64,000 nucleotides of DNA from Eledone cirrhosa. Its lineage: Eukaryota. The notes beneath the pieces are model-generated. The model worked only from the letters and a program-made list of their open reading frames with translations, did not search any database and was not told the DNA's origin. Positions 12,787 through 36,499 of the stretch are shown piece by piece; positions within the stretch are counted from its first letter, which is position 1; every line of letters begins with the position of its first letter. The translations under genes were made by a program, and so were the position numbers. The DNA lies in assembly GCA_964016885.1 (NCBI GenBank), contig OZ024758.1, forward strand, positions 27,404,001 to 27,468,000, read 5' to 3'.

Positions 12787-14278
12787 ATACTAGATGATAA
12801 TGATGATGATAATGGTGTTGAATACACAGGAGTACTAGCTCCCAACGTTCTGAGTTCAAATCCTACCGAAGTCAACTTTACCTTTCATCCTTCCAGGATC
12901 GATAAATAAAGTAGCAATTTGACAGAATCGTTAGAACATCTGACGAAATAGCTTGTGGTATTTGTTCTGACTTTTTGTAGTTCAATGCAAGGTATGGTTA
13001 GCTTATATGATAGACGTAATATGTCACCCAGTTTAACACCATATTTGGTTTTTCGATACCTCCAGCGAAATCCAATCTGTTATAAGCATTCGGGGTCAGG
13101 TCTCCGGTTTGAGCATACTTTTTTTCCCTTTCACCTGTCTCGAAAGCCTGTAAAATAGTCGTAAACTTTAGCCTACCTCATGATTAAATGATAAAAGTAA
13201 TTTTTGAATGTATGTATGGTCTCATAACTTCTGATAGAGTCGTAGGGGGCGCTGTATTGAGATACGGCGTTTCTTGGGCATTTAAAGCTTGGCGGATCCC
13301 ATGAGTCTCCAAGCCTGAGTACAGCAGATTTCTTCCATAGAAAGACAGAAATTGAGAGAGGGGAAACTAGAAAGAGATATAGAGGAAGAATCGAATCCAG
13401 TGCTAGATTGGTGTTTTTTTATCGACCTCGAATACCGCAAAGTATTCTATCCGCCAATTCGCCGCCTATAGTTTTCGAATACTGAATACCAAAAACAAAA
13501 TTAACAAAGTATTATTTCTACGGCGAATCATAATTTTGTCTAGCTTATTCAAGGATTATGTCAAGAATAACACTAGAGACGTCATTACATATGGCACATT
13601 ACATTCCTATAGTTCCTTCGGCAAAACTTCATTAAGATTTGGAACTTTTCTGTCTTTCGTCTTATTCATGTTGCTTAAAATACCGTTTCTAAGTTCCTTA
13701 TTTAAAGCAACTACATTTATTATAATTAGTATTCATTATATACATAAATCTGCTAATAGGATAAAACTAAAATATTTTAATCTTCTCTTGTTTAACATTA
13801 ACGCATTTGTTATAAATTTTGGACGAACATAAATTTAACCATTCGAAATGTAAATCAATACAGGAGGAAGATAAGAAAAGTCTAGAAACACGAAATGTTG
13901 AAAAAGACATATATCCAACTATGCAACTATCCTCTGTAATCTTCTTACAAAACTAAATAAGATATAATCTGTCCTTTGAAGTCAAGTGGGTTAGAAGATT
14001 TAAAAAAAGAAAACATGTACAGAAAAAAATAAAGCTTTTACTTAGAAAACCAAAGAAAAAGTAATTTTCTGTCTCAATATTGAGTAATCTGAAAGGAATT
14101 CTGAATTTTAAAATCGATTGCAGATCAATTTTCTTTGAAGTGGACTCAAAGAGAATCGGCTTTTTGTACACATTGGTAGATATCAAAAAAAGTTATTAGT
14201 TAAAAAGCAATATTAGTTTCTTCTGATTCGGCATAATCGATAATAAACGTATCAGTTATATACTGTATCGCTTCAATC

Positions 14279-16832
<2,554 letters not shown>

Positions 16833-16970
16833 TTTTGAGTATATGTTGGTTGTATATGATTCCAGTTCCCCAGTGAAATAACAACCCAACAAGGAACTGG
16901 GCATATCAGAGTATTGACAATATTATACACCTCAACAACATATGTACTTGTCTCTACCATACTAATTCGG

Positions 16971-17025
16971 ACTGCCTGAAGAGGTCACAGCCAAAGATGG
17001 CTGTCACTGAAATATATATAGCAGT
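16971..17025 (+). ncRNA. Type I hammerhead ribozyme in a Penelope-like pLTR fragment (~16833-17075)
   Basis: ACTGC-CTGAAGA-G-GTCACAGCC/GGCTGTCAC-T-GAAA-TATAT-ATA-GCAGT, followed by AATAAA. Confidence 0.75.
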
Positions 17026-17090
17026 AATAAACGAAGCTAAATTTTAAACATTTGACTTTTTATTTAACTTTATTTTATATGTATATATAT

Positions 17091-17783
17091 GACATGGCCC
17101 GCAGAATGTGTTCCTGGATCCTCAGAACCTTCCAGTCGAGAGATTCCCACACCATTATCCTTCTCTTCTCTACTTTTGCCCGACCACACCTTGAATACTG
17201 TTGTCCACTGTGGTCTCCCCACACGAAACAAAGTATCATGAAACTTGAAGCTCCTCAAAGGGCAATCACGAAAAAGGTAGATGGCATGTCAGACCTTGAC
17301 TACTGGGGTCGACTAGAAAACCTGAAACTTTACTCACTCCAACGTCGCCGTGAGCGTTATATTATCTGCATGATGTGGAAAATGTTCCATCATCACTGCC
17401 CAAATGATGTTGGCATCGCCTTCAAGATACACCCAAGGCTTGGGCCCCGTGCTATCCGTCCCATTCAAAAATCTAAATCGCAACTCATAACAACAATACG
17501 GCACAATTATTTCACCTCAATCGGCCCTGCTCTCTTCAACATCACACCAGGACACGTCAAAACAGAAACTGACCACACAAAATTCAAGAAGTCTTTGGAC
17601 AAATTCCTCCAAGTAATCCCGGACAAACCACCCGCACCCGGATATGTCTCCGCAAACAGTAATTCTCTTCTCGAATGGGCCATGGTGCCCAAATCCTGAA
17701 TTGAAAGACTTCGCCAGGTTGTGCTATTAAGTTAGACATGGCCTGGGCCAATACTGGCCAAAACATTTCAAAGTTATTCAAAG
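17091..17783 (+). pseudogene. 5'-truncated CR1-group LINE (ORF2 C-terminus and 3' UTR)
   Basis: RPHLEYCCPLWSPH...KLEAPQRAITK...LYSLQRRRER motifs; short repeat tail TTCAAAGT x2; flanked by TA repeats. Confidence 0.85.
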
Positions 17784-18735
<952 letters not shown>

Positions 18736-18986
18736 TAAAATAACGCTGTATTTAAAACATTCAAACATTAACTGAGTATTCAATACTGGTGGGAAGAATA
18801 TAGAAACTACACCCGCTGCACGAGGCGGAGCACAAATAAGGGCGGCAACAACAAATTCCCTTTTGCATCTATAGTCATCCAAGGAAGACTGTCCACAGAA
18901 ACTGTAAGCCTCAATGGTACTGCCCTAGCATGGCCTCAGCCTGTCAGCTGAAACACATGATAGAGCAATATATATAATATATATAC

Positions 18987-19057
<71 letters not shown>

Positions 19058-19074
19058 ATATATATATATATTAT

Positions 19075-19108
<34 letters not shown>

Positions 19109-19115
19109 GTATATA

Positions 19116-19173
<58 letters not shown>

Positions 19174-19179
19174 TATATG

Positions 19180-19775
19180 CGAAAGTTTTATTTAAAATTG
19201 TTGGGTTACCAGTATCGGTAGAGGGTCGGGACGCTCATGCTTTCCAGCATAGTGATAAAATAAAGTACCAGTAATGCACTGGGTAATTGCTCGCCTTGTG
19301 CCTAAACTAGAAACAATTATTTAACTGATATAAAGCACTCGACAAGTTTTGGAGTAGATATACGATATTAAACAAAACGGCTTCCTACATAACGGTTGCT
19401 CAATATTTATGGCAGTATCAGTAGAGAGTCGGACGCCATGCTTTCCAGCAAAGAGTTACGGCTCTTTATGATCTGATTTCAAATCCCGCCGAGGTTAACT
19501 TTTCCTTTCATCCTCACGGGGTCGATAAAATAAAGTACCAATCACGCATTGAGGTCGATTTAATAGATTTCTATCCCCCAAAAATCACTGGCCTTTGTGC
19601 CTATATAAGAAACCAATATTTATGGTACGTCAAAATTATTTATAAAACTGTTTATATATTGTATTTTTATCTGAAGAAGGCATGCCATATTTTTAATATG
19701 GTATCCCCCGAAATATGTATAATGAAATAAATATGGTTTTATAAATATAGTTTCCATTTGTTTAACATCGTATAT
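19180..19775. mobile_element. Divergent pair of P1 pLTR fragments with two SINE insertions; HHR motif at ~19663-19729 (+)
   Basis: Homology to 6412-6981; TTTTAT-CTGAAGA..ATGCCATATT/AATATGGTAT..GAAATATGTATA-ATGAAA; SINE A at ~19210-19320 and ~19411-19617. Confidence 0.65.
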
Positions 19776-19952
19776 ATATATATATATATATACAACGAAG
19801 TATTGCCGTCGAAACGGCTTGAGCTCTGGCGTCGGGGTTAAACTTTTTCCTATATATATATATATATATATATTAATATATATATATATAAAATATTAAA
19901 CAAATAATGAATAAAACAATGAAACAGTTCCTTATATTAAACAAAAAAAGTT

Positions 19953-20101
19953 CATTATTTAACGATCGTTTCTAGGATATATATGTGTTAGAATTGGCAT
20001 GCATATTCAACAGATCTATGTACAAAATTATACAAAATTATACAAACTATCAAGATTAAATATACATACCAAACACACATATATGCCGTCTTCAGAAATA
20101 A

Positions 20102-20102
<1 letters not shown>
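19953..20102 (-). ncRNA. Hammerhead motif with long stem II insert (family P3)
   Basis: Minus strand: ATTATTT-CTGAAGA...~115 nt...GAAA-CGATCG-TT-AAATAAT; second copy at 56546-56684. Confidence 0.55.
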
Positions 20103-20181
<79 letters not shown>

Positions 20182-20184
<3 letters not shown>

Positions 20185-20260
20185 GGTGACCCAAATAATG
20201 TATACACACTTCAACAGCAATCTAATCAATGTGTGTATACACTTTTTTTTTAATACTCTG
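20182..20260. mobile_element. Tiny Tc1/mariner-like MITE remnant
   Basis: TA-CAGGGTG..TGTATACACAC / GTGTGTATACA..ACTCTG imperfect TIRs. Confidence 0.45.
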
Positions 20261-20337
20261 CATATATATATATGGGTAATGGAATAATTATATTGTGTTG
20301 TTTATGACATCCCCTTAATCTATTTTATTTCTCCTTC

Positions 20338-20375
20338 TTTCTTCTGATGAAGGGCTAGCGTCCGAAACGTTAAGA
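20338..20375 (+). ncRNA. Minimal type I hammerhead motif (Penelope-type)
   Basis: TCTT-CTGATGA-A-GGGC-TAGC-GTCC-GAAA-CGTT-AAGA; palindromic AACGTT stem III. Confidence 0.65.
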
Positions 20376-20611
20376 CCTTCTTCCTGCTATATCAAGCGTT
20401 AACCTAATATATACCTTCTATATACTGTACCGATTGTGTTGTTATTTCTGTTTACCTTTTACATATATATATATATATATTACCCACTCTACTACCCTAA
20501 GTATTGAGTACTTTGGTGCGTTATGGTCCATCTTGTTCCTTACCACAATTCCTTCGTTATATATATATATTTATATATATATATTTATATATATATTTAT
20601 ATATATATATT

Positions 20612-20706
<95 letters not shown>

Positions 20707-21399
20707 ATATATACTTGATTGAAGTGCGAGAAGAAGAGGTTGTTGTTTTGTTGATTGTTCCATCTTTTTAGAAGTATGCCTGTTACTACACCAGTCAATT
20801 TATTTTATTTTTTACCAAGAAGACGATAGGGTGTGATTTGAAGGAGATTTGGTTGCTATTTCTAGCATGTTATTGACCCCGTACATCGTTCCTGATAGAG
20901 GGTAGAGGAAAGGCAATTTCTCGTCGTGTTCAATTTTAATATCCTATTGTTACGATATAATTTACATTATTGAGACTATTTTAATTAGATGAAGAAATGT
21001 GTAAGTCACACATTCCATTTTCCTCCTCCTGAGGCCAAATATGCTAATGATTAATTGGTGGGTATGGAGGATCACGAATAAACAAGTATAATTCCAGACC
21101 TGTTCTCGTTTTTTTTTATCGCCTAGGCAGGCAGTAGCCATGATTCTTTTCAGCAGTTCCGAGATTGATGAGAGGGAGGTATCCTCAAACCGCTGATCTA
21201 ACTCATATACTTGCAAACTCAACTAAACGCACTCTTTGACCAGGTTGTGGTGTTAAACCTGGTGATGAATTAAGTCTACCCTCAACGTCTGCTAAGCCAT
21301 GATAACATTTGAACTCAGAACACAAATAAGCGAAATAAATACTGCAAGGTATCCTGACCAACAGAGCACCCTAATGAATCCACCAGTCTACTACCACTT

Positions 21400-21595
21400 C
21401 AGACCTGTCAACTCTCCCCGTTCGACGGGGAGGAGATCTCCCACTCATTTTGGAGTCGATGAGAGATGTCTTCTTTTATGAAAATGAGTATAGCTTTCAT
21501 TATGTAAAATCTCCCCATTTTCCCTCATTTCTTCCCGTTTTGTGGCCCCTTTTTGTGGTACTCCCTGTTTGGGATTTTAGAGATTGGCAGGTCTG
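21400..21595. mobile_element. MITE with CAGACCTG(T/C)CA TIRs (possibly hAT-like)
   Basis: CAGACCTGTCAA...TTGGCAGGTCTG; an inverted homologue lies at ~23064-23495. Confidence 0.55.
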
Positions 21596-23137
21596 CTACT
21601 TTCGTCTGAGGCCTTTCATTTTAAAGATAGTAAAATGTGATTTGAGAGAAAATTATCTGCTATATCAAGACGGTCGAAGTTTCTTCATTGCTCGATATTA
21701 TATCGTTTTTACGTTCATTGATTTTTAGTAAAATTTTCAATGTACATTTTCTTTATTTCACATGGAGATTGATTCTGGGCTGATAAATTATGTGAGGGCT
21801 TCAGAAAAAGATCGAATAATGTGTAACAGTGATCGAATTGATAAATTGTTGATATATCGGCTGGGAAGTTGTTAAGTATTAATAGAGTTTTTTTACGCAG
21901 TCCTGGTTAACTAAATATCATCTATCACTTAGCAGAAAGCAAAGCAGATAAATAAAAGAGACATTGCAGCTTGATCGCCAAACCAAATGGAAATTTAAGT
22001 TAGTAGCATTAACGAGACCGAATCTTTTATACAAGAATAAATTAATTATTTCAATGAATTATCAAAGTGAATTAATTGTGTTTTCGTCAGTAACAGAGAA
22101 AGTTCTAGTTGCCTTGGGCATGAACTAATACGCGTGATTTTACAGAAATACCTGACGTCTATACTGTAAAAGTAATTGATTTACTGCTATATAAAGAATA
22201 TTCATTATCGGTCTGTCTGGAGAAATGTCAAATCCTGGCAATTATTTTAATGGAACGTAAATGGTACGTTAATGTGTTAGATATGTTGTAGCTTGCTACA
22301 TGTTGTTAAGCCGTGAATGTTAAAATATTTTCACATTTCATGTTAGCCTTTTATGTCTTATTTCATCTATTGGTGTGGGTGGGGAAACTAATTGTGTATT
22401 ATTACAAACTCAGAAAGTATTTCTAAGATAATTCTCAAAAGACTTCTTTGATGTTCAACTTTTTGCTGTTGTTGATTCCGTCTGCTTCATAATGTCTTTG
22501 CAGTTGTAGCATCTGCTAAGTTTATTAAGAGCTTTTGCGGAAATGACATTTCGTTCTTTGTTAAATATAGATCTCGAGGCTCTCTTAATTTCCGTCATAA
22601 TTTTCTAATCTATATTTGAAGAAATTACATCTAAAAACCATTTATTCCCAAGACAATATTGCATGTTTATTCGATATACCGCTAACAAAAGCAATCATCT
22701 TTTCTCCAAATTTGTTCATAATCCTTTTCAGTAATCCTATTTAAAGTTCTAGAAACCAACTGTGGCATTAACACCAATACCGAAAGTTACAAAATCAGTA
22801 CCACTACCTACATACGCACATAAGTCAATGAGGAAACATCTACATGATCTCTTCACTCGCTAGAAATAGCACTCAAATTTCCCTCAAATAATACCCTACT
22901 CTCTTTAAATAGAAAAAACGCATTGAACAATATAGTTCTATATATACGCAAAGATGTGATGGTCATGGCTGAAACGCCTTAGATCATGGCTCTTCTCAAT
23001 CTAAGTTGGGCCTAGGATGAAATGTCATCAACATAAACGACGTAGGATATTTAAGATGGAGATGCAGACCTGCCATCCTCTCAAGACCCAAACGGGGAGT
23101 ATCATGTAAAAAAAGTGCAAAATGGGGAGATTTTACA

Positions 23138-23392
23138 TAATTGTTTCTACTATTGGCACAAGGCCAGAAAATTACCCAGTACATTACTGGTACTTTATTT
23201 TATCGACCCCGTAAGGATGAAAGGCAAAGTTAACCTCGGCGGGATTTGAACTCAGAATGGCAAGGGCCGTAACTCTATGCGTCAAAGCATGGCATCCGAA
23301 CCTCTACCGATACTGCCAATCCACCGCCAATGGGGAGATTTTACATAATTGTTTCTACTTTGGCACAAGGCCAGCAATTACCCAGTGTATTA
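23138..23392 (-). mobile_element. SINE family A plus truncated second copy, inserted in the MITE homologue
   Basis: TSD AATGGGGAGATTTTACATAAT. Confidence 0.85.
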
Positions 23393-23787
23393 CATAATGA
23401 GAGCTATACCCATTTTCACAAGAGAAGACATTAGTCACCTTACCCCAAAGGCTATTGCAAATCTCCCCGTCAGACGGGGAGAGTTGACAGGTCTGAAGTA
23501 GTAGACTTGCGAATTCATTAGAGTGTTGTTGGTCAGAATACCTTGCGGTATTTGTTTCGCTTAATTGTGTTCTGTGTTCAAAACTTATCATAGTTTACCA
23601 GATGTTGACGGGAGACATAATTCGTGGGACGGGGAGAGGTGACATGTCTGGAGATGAGTAACCTCTACGTAATCACACAATCCGCGAGAAATAGGAAACT
23701 TATAAGAAAAGAAAAGTTAGATGGTATAATCACGTCTGGGATGTTTTAACCATAGGACTTAGCTGGAGCTAACCAACAAAAACAATA

Positions 23788-23973
23788 ACTGTTTCTACTT
23801 TAGGCACAAGGCCAGCAATTTCCCAGTGCATTACTGGTACTTTATTTTATCGACCCCGTAAGGATGAAAGGCAAAGTCAACCTCGGCGGGATTTGAACTC
23901 AGATCGTAAAGGGACGTAACTATGCTGGAAAGCATGGCGTCCGACCCTCTACCGATACTGCCAATTCACCGCT
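23788..23973 (-). mobile_element. SINE family A
   Basis: TSD CAAAAACAATAAC. Confidence 0.85.
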
Positions 23974-25278
23974 CTCAAAAACAATAACATTGGCAATAAA
24001 CACTGTTAGATTCCTTTAACTATTTTTTTAAATTTCCTATTATTGTCGATAATTCTTTTTCTCTCCGCTACAAAAAAGAATTAATCACAATAAAAAATAA
24101 CCCTAGTTTGTGTTATTTTAGTGATACGTGTATTATGATTCATACTTTTAGAAGGCATTCAAGTACGAACTATGTTTTCTGTGACCTGTCTCATATATCT
24201 GCTTCTGATTCCTAGTTCAACCGCTTCAGTTGCTTCCCTAATACTCTTGATAAAGACAAAAATGCCGCAACTTTCTCTTTGCCTTCTCCCATGAATAAAT
24301 ATGTAGCTCCATATCTATATATCTATATAAGCAATGACTGCTTTTCTTAAACCGGACTAATCTGGTTTCTAAGCGCTCTCTTTTGACAATGTATAGTATT
24401 ATTTTCTTTCCTTCTACTCTCTCTCTCTCCCACTCTCCCTCCCTCCCACTCTCCCTCTCTCCCTCTCCCTCCCACTCTCCCTCTCTCTCTCTCTATCTCT
24501 CTCTATCTATCTATCTATCTCTCACACACACATACGCACCATACATGCACCCTCCCACACACACATACACCCCTCACACATGCACACATACACATATACG
24601 CCCCCCCCACACGCATACACTCCTCACACACAGAACTCACACACACCACACACATACCCCATACACACACACACACAACCTCATGGAACCACGCACAAAC
24701 AAGTAGTTTTAAACCTATTTCATATACTTGTTTCTACTATTGGTACAAGGCCAGCAAAATGTCTATAAGTAGTTGTGAGTTATGTGATTCAAATGTTGTA
24801 GTGTCATTAAGATATTATTTGCACCATTTCAACTTAGAATTTCCCTTTCTCGGTATTGTTTCCAAAGTTATGCGTTTGAATTGTTTTCTCTGCAGTGTAA
24901 ACTGTTAGTTAACTCATTGAAGTGAGGTGTCTTTCATATTCAATAGTTCTAACTTTAAAACATTTCAGTTGACATTGTATAATATTTGTGAAGTTTAATG
25001 GAGAGTTTTATATAAATGATGCAGTTTTGTGTGGATATAAAGCATTTATATTTTCTTAAAAAACATAACTGTCAGAGTTAGTGAAGAATCGGTTTCACCT
25101 CTTGTTAAAACTTTGGTTGGCATATCTACAAGTTGTATTTATTTCAATGTATTTAGTGCCTTGAAGTAAGTTTATGAATATGTGTTTCAATAATTAATTT
25201 GAAGAGAAAATGACAATGGATAAAACTGTTGCTATCAACGTAGACATTTATAAAAGAAAACATTATTAAAATCTTAAA

Positions 25279-25480
25279 TAATTGTTTCTTCTTTAGGCAC
25301 AAGGGCAGCAAACTGAAGGGGGGGGGTCGATTAAATCGACCCCAGTGCATTACTGGTGATTTATTTTATTGACCCCGTAAGGATGAAAGGCAAAGCTAAC
25401 CTCGGCGGGATTTTAACTCAGAACGTAAAGGGCCGTAACTCTATGTCGAGAAGCAGGCTCTCCAACATTCTATCTGCCAA
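25279..25480 (-). mobile_element. SINE family A (variant carrying the GTCGATTAAATCGAC hairpin)
   Basis: Consensus match. Confidence 0.8.
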
Positions 25481-26038
25481 TATTATAAATGCAACAAACC
25501 AAACGGCTTCCTTATACCATTAATCTTCAAAGCTCTCATGTAACTATATAGAAGTTAAATAATATATGATTATTTAAATTTTAAATTTGCTATATATGAA
25601 AAATAGTATTTTATGATTATAACTAAAGTTTTAAAGTTATTATAAATATCAATTTAAGAAGTTTATATCGTTATTAAGACATAACTACGCTGAGCAATTC
25701 TTGTAAAATTATATTTTAAATTGACAGCACTAAGGTTTATGTAATATGCCTTATTGGATCACCTGCCTTAAATATAGGTGTTAATATATAAATTATTTTA
25801 TCTAAAAGTTCTAATATATGATCGATCACAATATGAATTGTTGTTCTGGGGTTAAGTCAGACACTATTCGATAGATTGGAATAAGGATCGAACCGATTAG
25901 TTTCGTTTTGAGTGAGACTCCCATAAATATCATATACCTTTGTCTTCCATTCTACCAAAAGTAAATATCTTTGAATTATGAATAAAAAGTATTAAAAAAA
26001 GTTGTAAAGTGGAGCGACTCGAGTACCGATACTGTGTA

Positions 26039-26094
<56 letters not shown>

Positions 26095-26613
26095 AACGAG
26101 TAGGACCCCGACGGCTGAGCTCAAGCCGTTTCGACGGCTAATTACAGAAACCTTAGTGCTGTCAACTTAAAATATAATTTTACAAGAATTGCTCACCATA
26201 GTTATGTCTCAATAACGATATAAACTTCTTAAATTGATATTTATAATAACTTTTATATATACACAATTATATTAATAAATGGAAACTATATTTATAAAAC
26301 CATATTTATTCTATTATATATATTTCAAGGGTACCAAAACTTTATTAATATCATTGATATTATACTCCAGAAATCTGCCGAGTGCTTCGAATCAGTTATA
26401 AATATATTTATTTGTTGAATTACCAACAAATTAAATATCCCTTTTGCTTATATATATATATGTGTGTGTGTGTGAGATTATGTATATTATTTTAATTATT
26501 ATTTATAGATCTTGTTATTAAACAATATGTATGTGTATATTCTTATATATATATATATATATAAGAATATACACATACATATTGTTTAATAAATAATGAC
26601 CCTTCCAAAGTAT

Positions 26614-26681
<68 letters not shown>

Positions 26682-26745
26682 ATACTTTGGGAGGGTCATG
26701 TTGCCAATAAAGAATAAAGAATCTTGCTAAACAAATTCAGAAACG

Positions 26746-26800
<55 letters not shown>

Positions 26801-26807
26801 TATATAC

Positions 26808-26948
<141 letters not shown>

Positions 26949-27597
26949 TATATATATAAATATATATATGCACATATTCATATCAAACCTTTTTATAAAT
27001 GTATATATAAATAATTATTTGAGCCGGGGTGGGGAGTTTGCAGGTGTGTATATATGTATTGTCAATTTATATTTTTTTAAAGATAAAGAAATGTATTCCT
27101 GTCAATTCAATATATTTTCATTTTTTTGTCAGTTTCCTTGTTTTCTTTTCTTCCATTTTCATTATTATTCAGCTACGAGCGTTATTTTTCATTTTTTTTT
27201 CTTACGTTTTTTTTTTGTTTTTTTTTGTCTTTCTATCAACATATTTTCATAACAAACCAGGCGCCAATACAACAGATTCAAGAACTCTATTTTAATATCT
27301 TGGTATCTTTCTTGTCATTTTTGCTCCCACAGTTTACTCATCTTCTTTTAAAAGCAGCTGTTTGCAATGACATTAAACAAATTAACTATGACTCTAAGAC
27401 TTTCAAAAATCTCTCAGCCTTCTATTCGAATGCATCAACATAATGTAATCTCACATACGTAAGATCCCCATATACTAGAAAATATACATTTATTAATCTT
27501 TACACATGCTGATACACATCTAAATAACATTAATTCTTCCATATTTCTTTAGATATTTCGCATGCACACAGTGAGACGCGTCGTCATGTATGTGTTT

Positions 27598-34774
<7,177 letters not shown>

Positions 34775-34821
34775 ATTTTTATATATATATATATTTATAT
34801 ATTTTTATATATATATATATT

Positions 34822-34886
<65 letters not shown>

Positions 34887-34933
34887 ATTTATATATATAT
34901 ATATTTATATATATATATATATACATTTATATT

Positions 34934-34972
<39 letters not shown>

Positions 34973-34991
34973 ATTTATATATATATATATT

Positions 34992-35044
<53 letters not shown>

Positions 35045-35189
35045 ATTTATATATATATATATAACAAACACAAAAATAATTTAGTACATTCTTGGCCAAG
35101 AGTGATTTGCATAATTACAATTTTTTTTACTAAACTCTTTCTGAATATGTGAAATTGTCTAAAACTTATTGGAAGTTAGACGGAACAAT

Positions 35190-35404
35190 GGTTTCTAATT
35201 TTGGCACAAGGCCAGCAATTTGGGGGAGAAAGAAAAATAGATTATATCGATCCCAGTACTTGACTGTTAGTATATTTTTATCGACTTCGGAAGGATGAAA
35301 AGCAAAGTCAACCTCGACGAGATCTAAACTGAGAATGTAAAGAACTGGAAGAAATGCTACTAAACATTTGTACAACACTCTAACGACTCTGCCAACCCAC
35401 CGCC
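35190..35404 (-). mobile_element. Older SINE family A variant
   Basis: Diverged core and tail. Confidence 0.75.
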
Positions 35405-35899
35405 CTTTTAAATGTACAGGGGCGCCTAAGGAGAATTAAACCATGCATCCCTCGTATGCCGGACGAGCGCGTTTATACATTACGCCAAAGGCGCTTTGAC
35501 CAGTGAGATAGACTAATCTTATATTGATGAGGTCAAACGGAGGTCGAAACTTATATCCATAACTGCCCTTCACCTCCAGTCAAAGATAAGACTATCCTTT
35601 CTCCTAAGAATGTTAATTGAACCCTTAACTTCAGTTTAATTTCTCGGAATTATCTCACCTTCTTATTAAGAATTGCTAGCAATTGGTACTAACTTTTGTT
35701 TGTCTTCTCTATCTGCAAGGGAAATTTCAATAAATTAAGAACTTATCATGTACGGCATTCTATACATCTCTCTTAACATGCGCAACACAGACACAGCATG
35801 AATGCATATGATATGTGCAGGTGCAGGTGCGATTATACATACATACATACATACATACATACATACATACATACATACATACATACATACATACATACA

Positions 35900-36305
35900 T
35901 ACATTGGGACCACACATTGAAAACGTGTTCTGTTGTGGAGATCAGCTGCTCACTTGATGTAAACGTTGTCAGAAAAATACAGGAGAAGGAGGACATCTAC
36001 GGACCATTGATGAGGAGTTTACAAATCCAGTATCCAAGATACACCTTTAGCTTCATACCCATCATTATTGGTGCTACGGGTTATATACCAACCCGCTTAG
36101 ACCAAAGTATGACTGAACTTGGATTTGCGGACAAAAAGCGCAGCTCCCTAATTCATAGTCTACAAATGGCTGCGATAGCTGGCACCTTCAAAATTTGCAA
36201 AAAATTCTTGCGATTCAAGAGATGACAATTTCTTTTCTTTTACAACCTTGCCACCAGGAAGGTGGCCGGTCAAAAAAATATACTCGAAATTAAGAGAAAG
36301 AGACA
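35900..36305 (+). pseudogene. 5'-truncated R4/Dong-like non-LTR retrotransposon (RLE C-terminus and 3' UTR)
   Basis: VVEISCSLDVNVVRKIQEKEDIYGPL...IPIIIGATG matches the RLE pattern E/D..P....K..KY..L...P+++GA.G; flanked by (TACA)n. Confidence 0.75.
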
Positions 36306-36499
36306 GACATACATACATACATATATACATACATATACACACATATATAACCAGAATATTTTGAACAGACGATGCTAAAAGAAGCTGTAACCAAAGGAGT
36401 CCGATCATTCGATTACGTAATCGACGAGTATTTTTTTAGCCTGATAACTAGTGAAACACGTGTAACGTAATAAACATAGGTTAAATCGATCTCGCTCTC

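Noticed and set aside
35520-35560. HHR-like TTGATGAGGTC..GGTCGAAAC (also ~4610 and ~55915)
   Set aside because: The core is mutated and the stems are weak; at most decayed relics.
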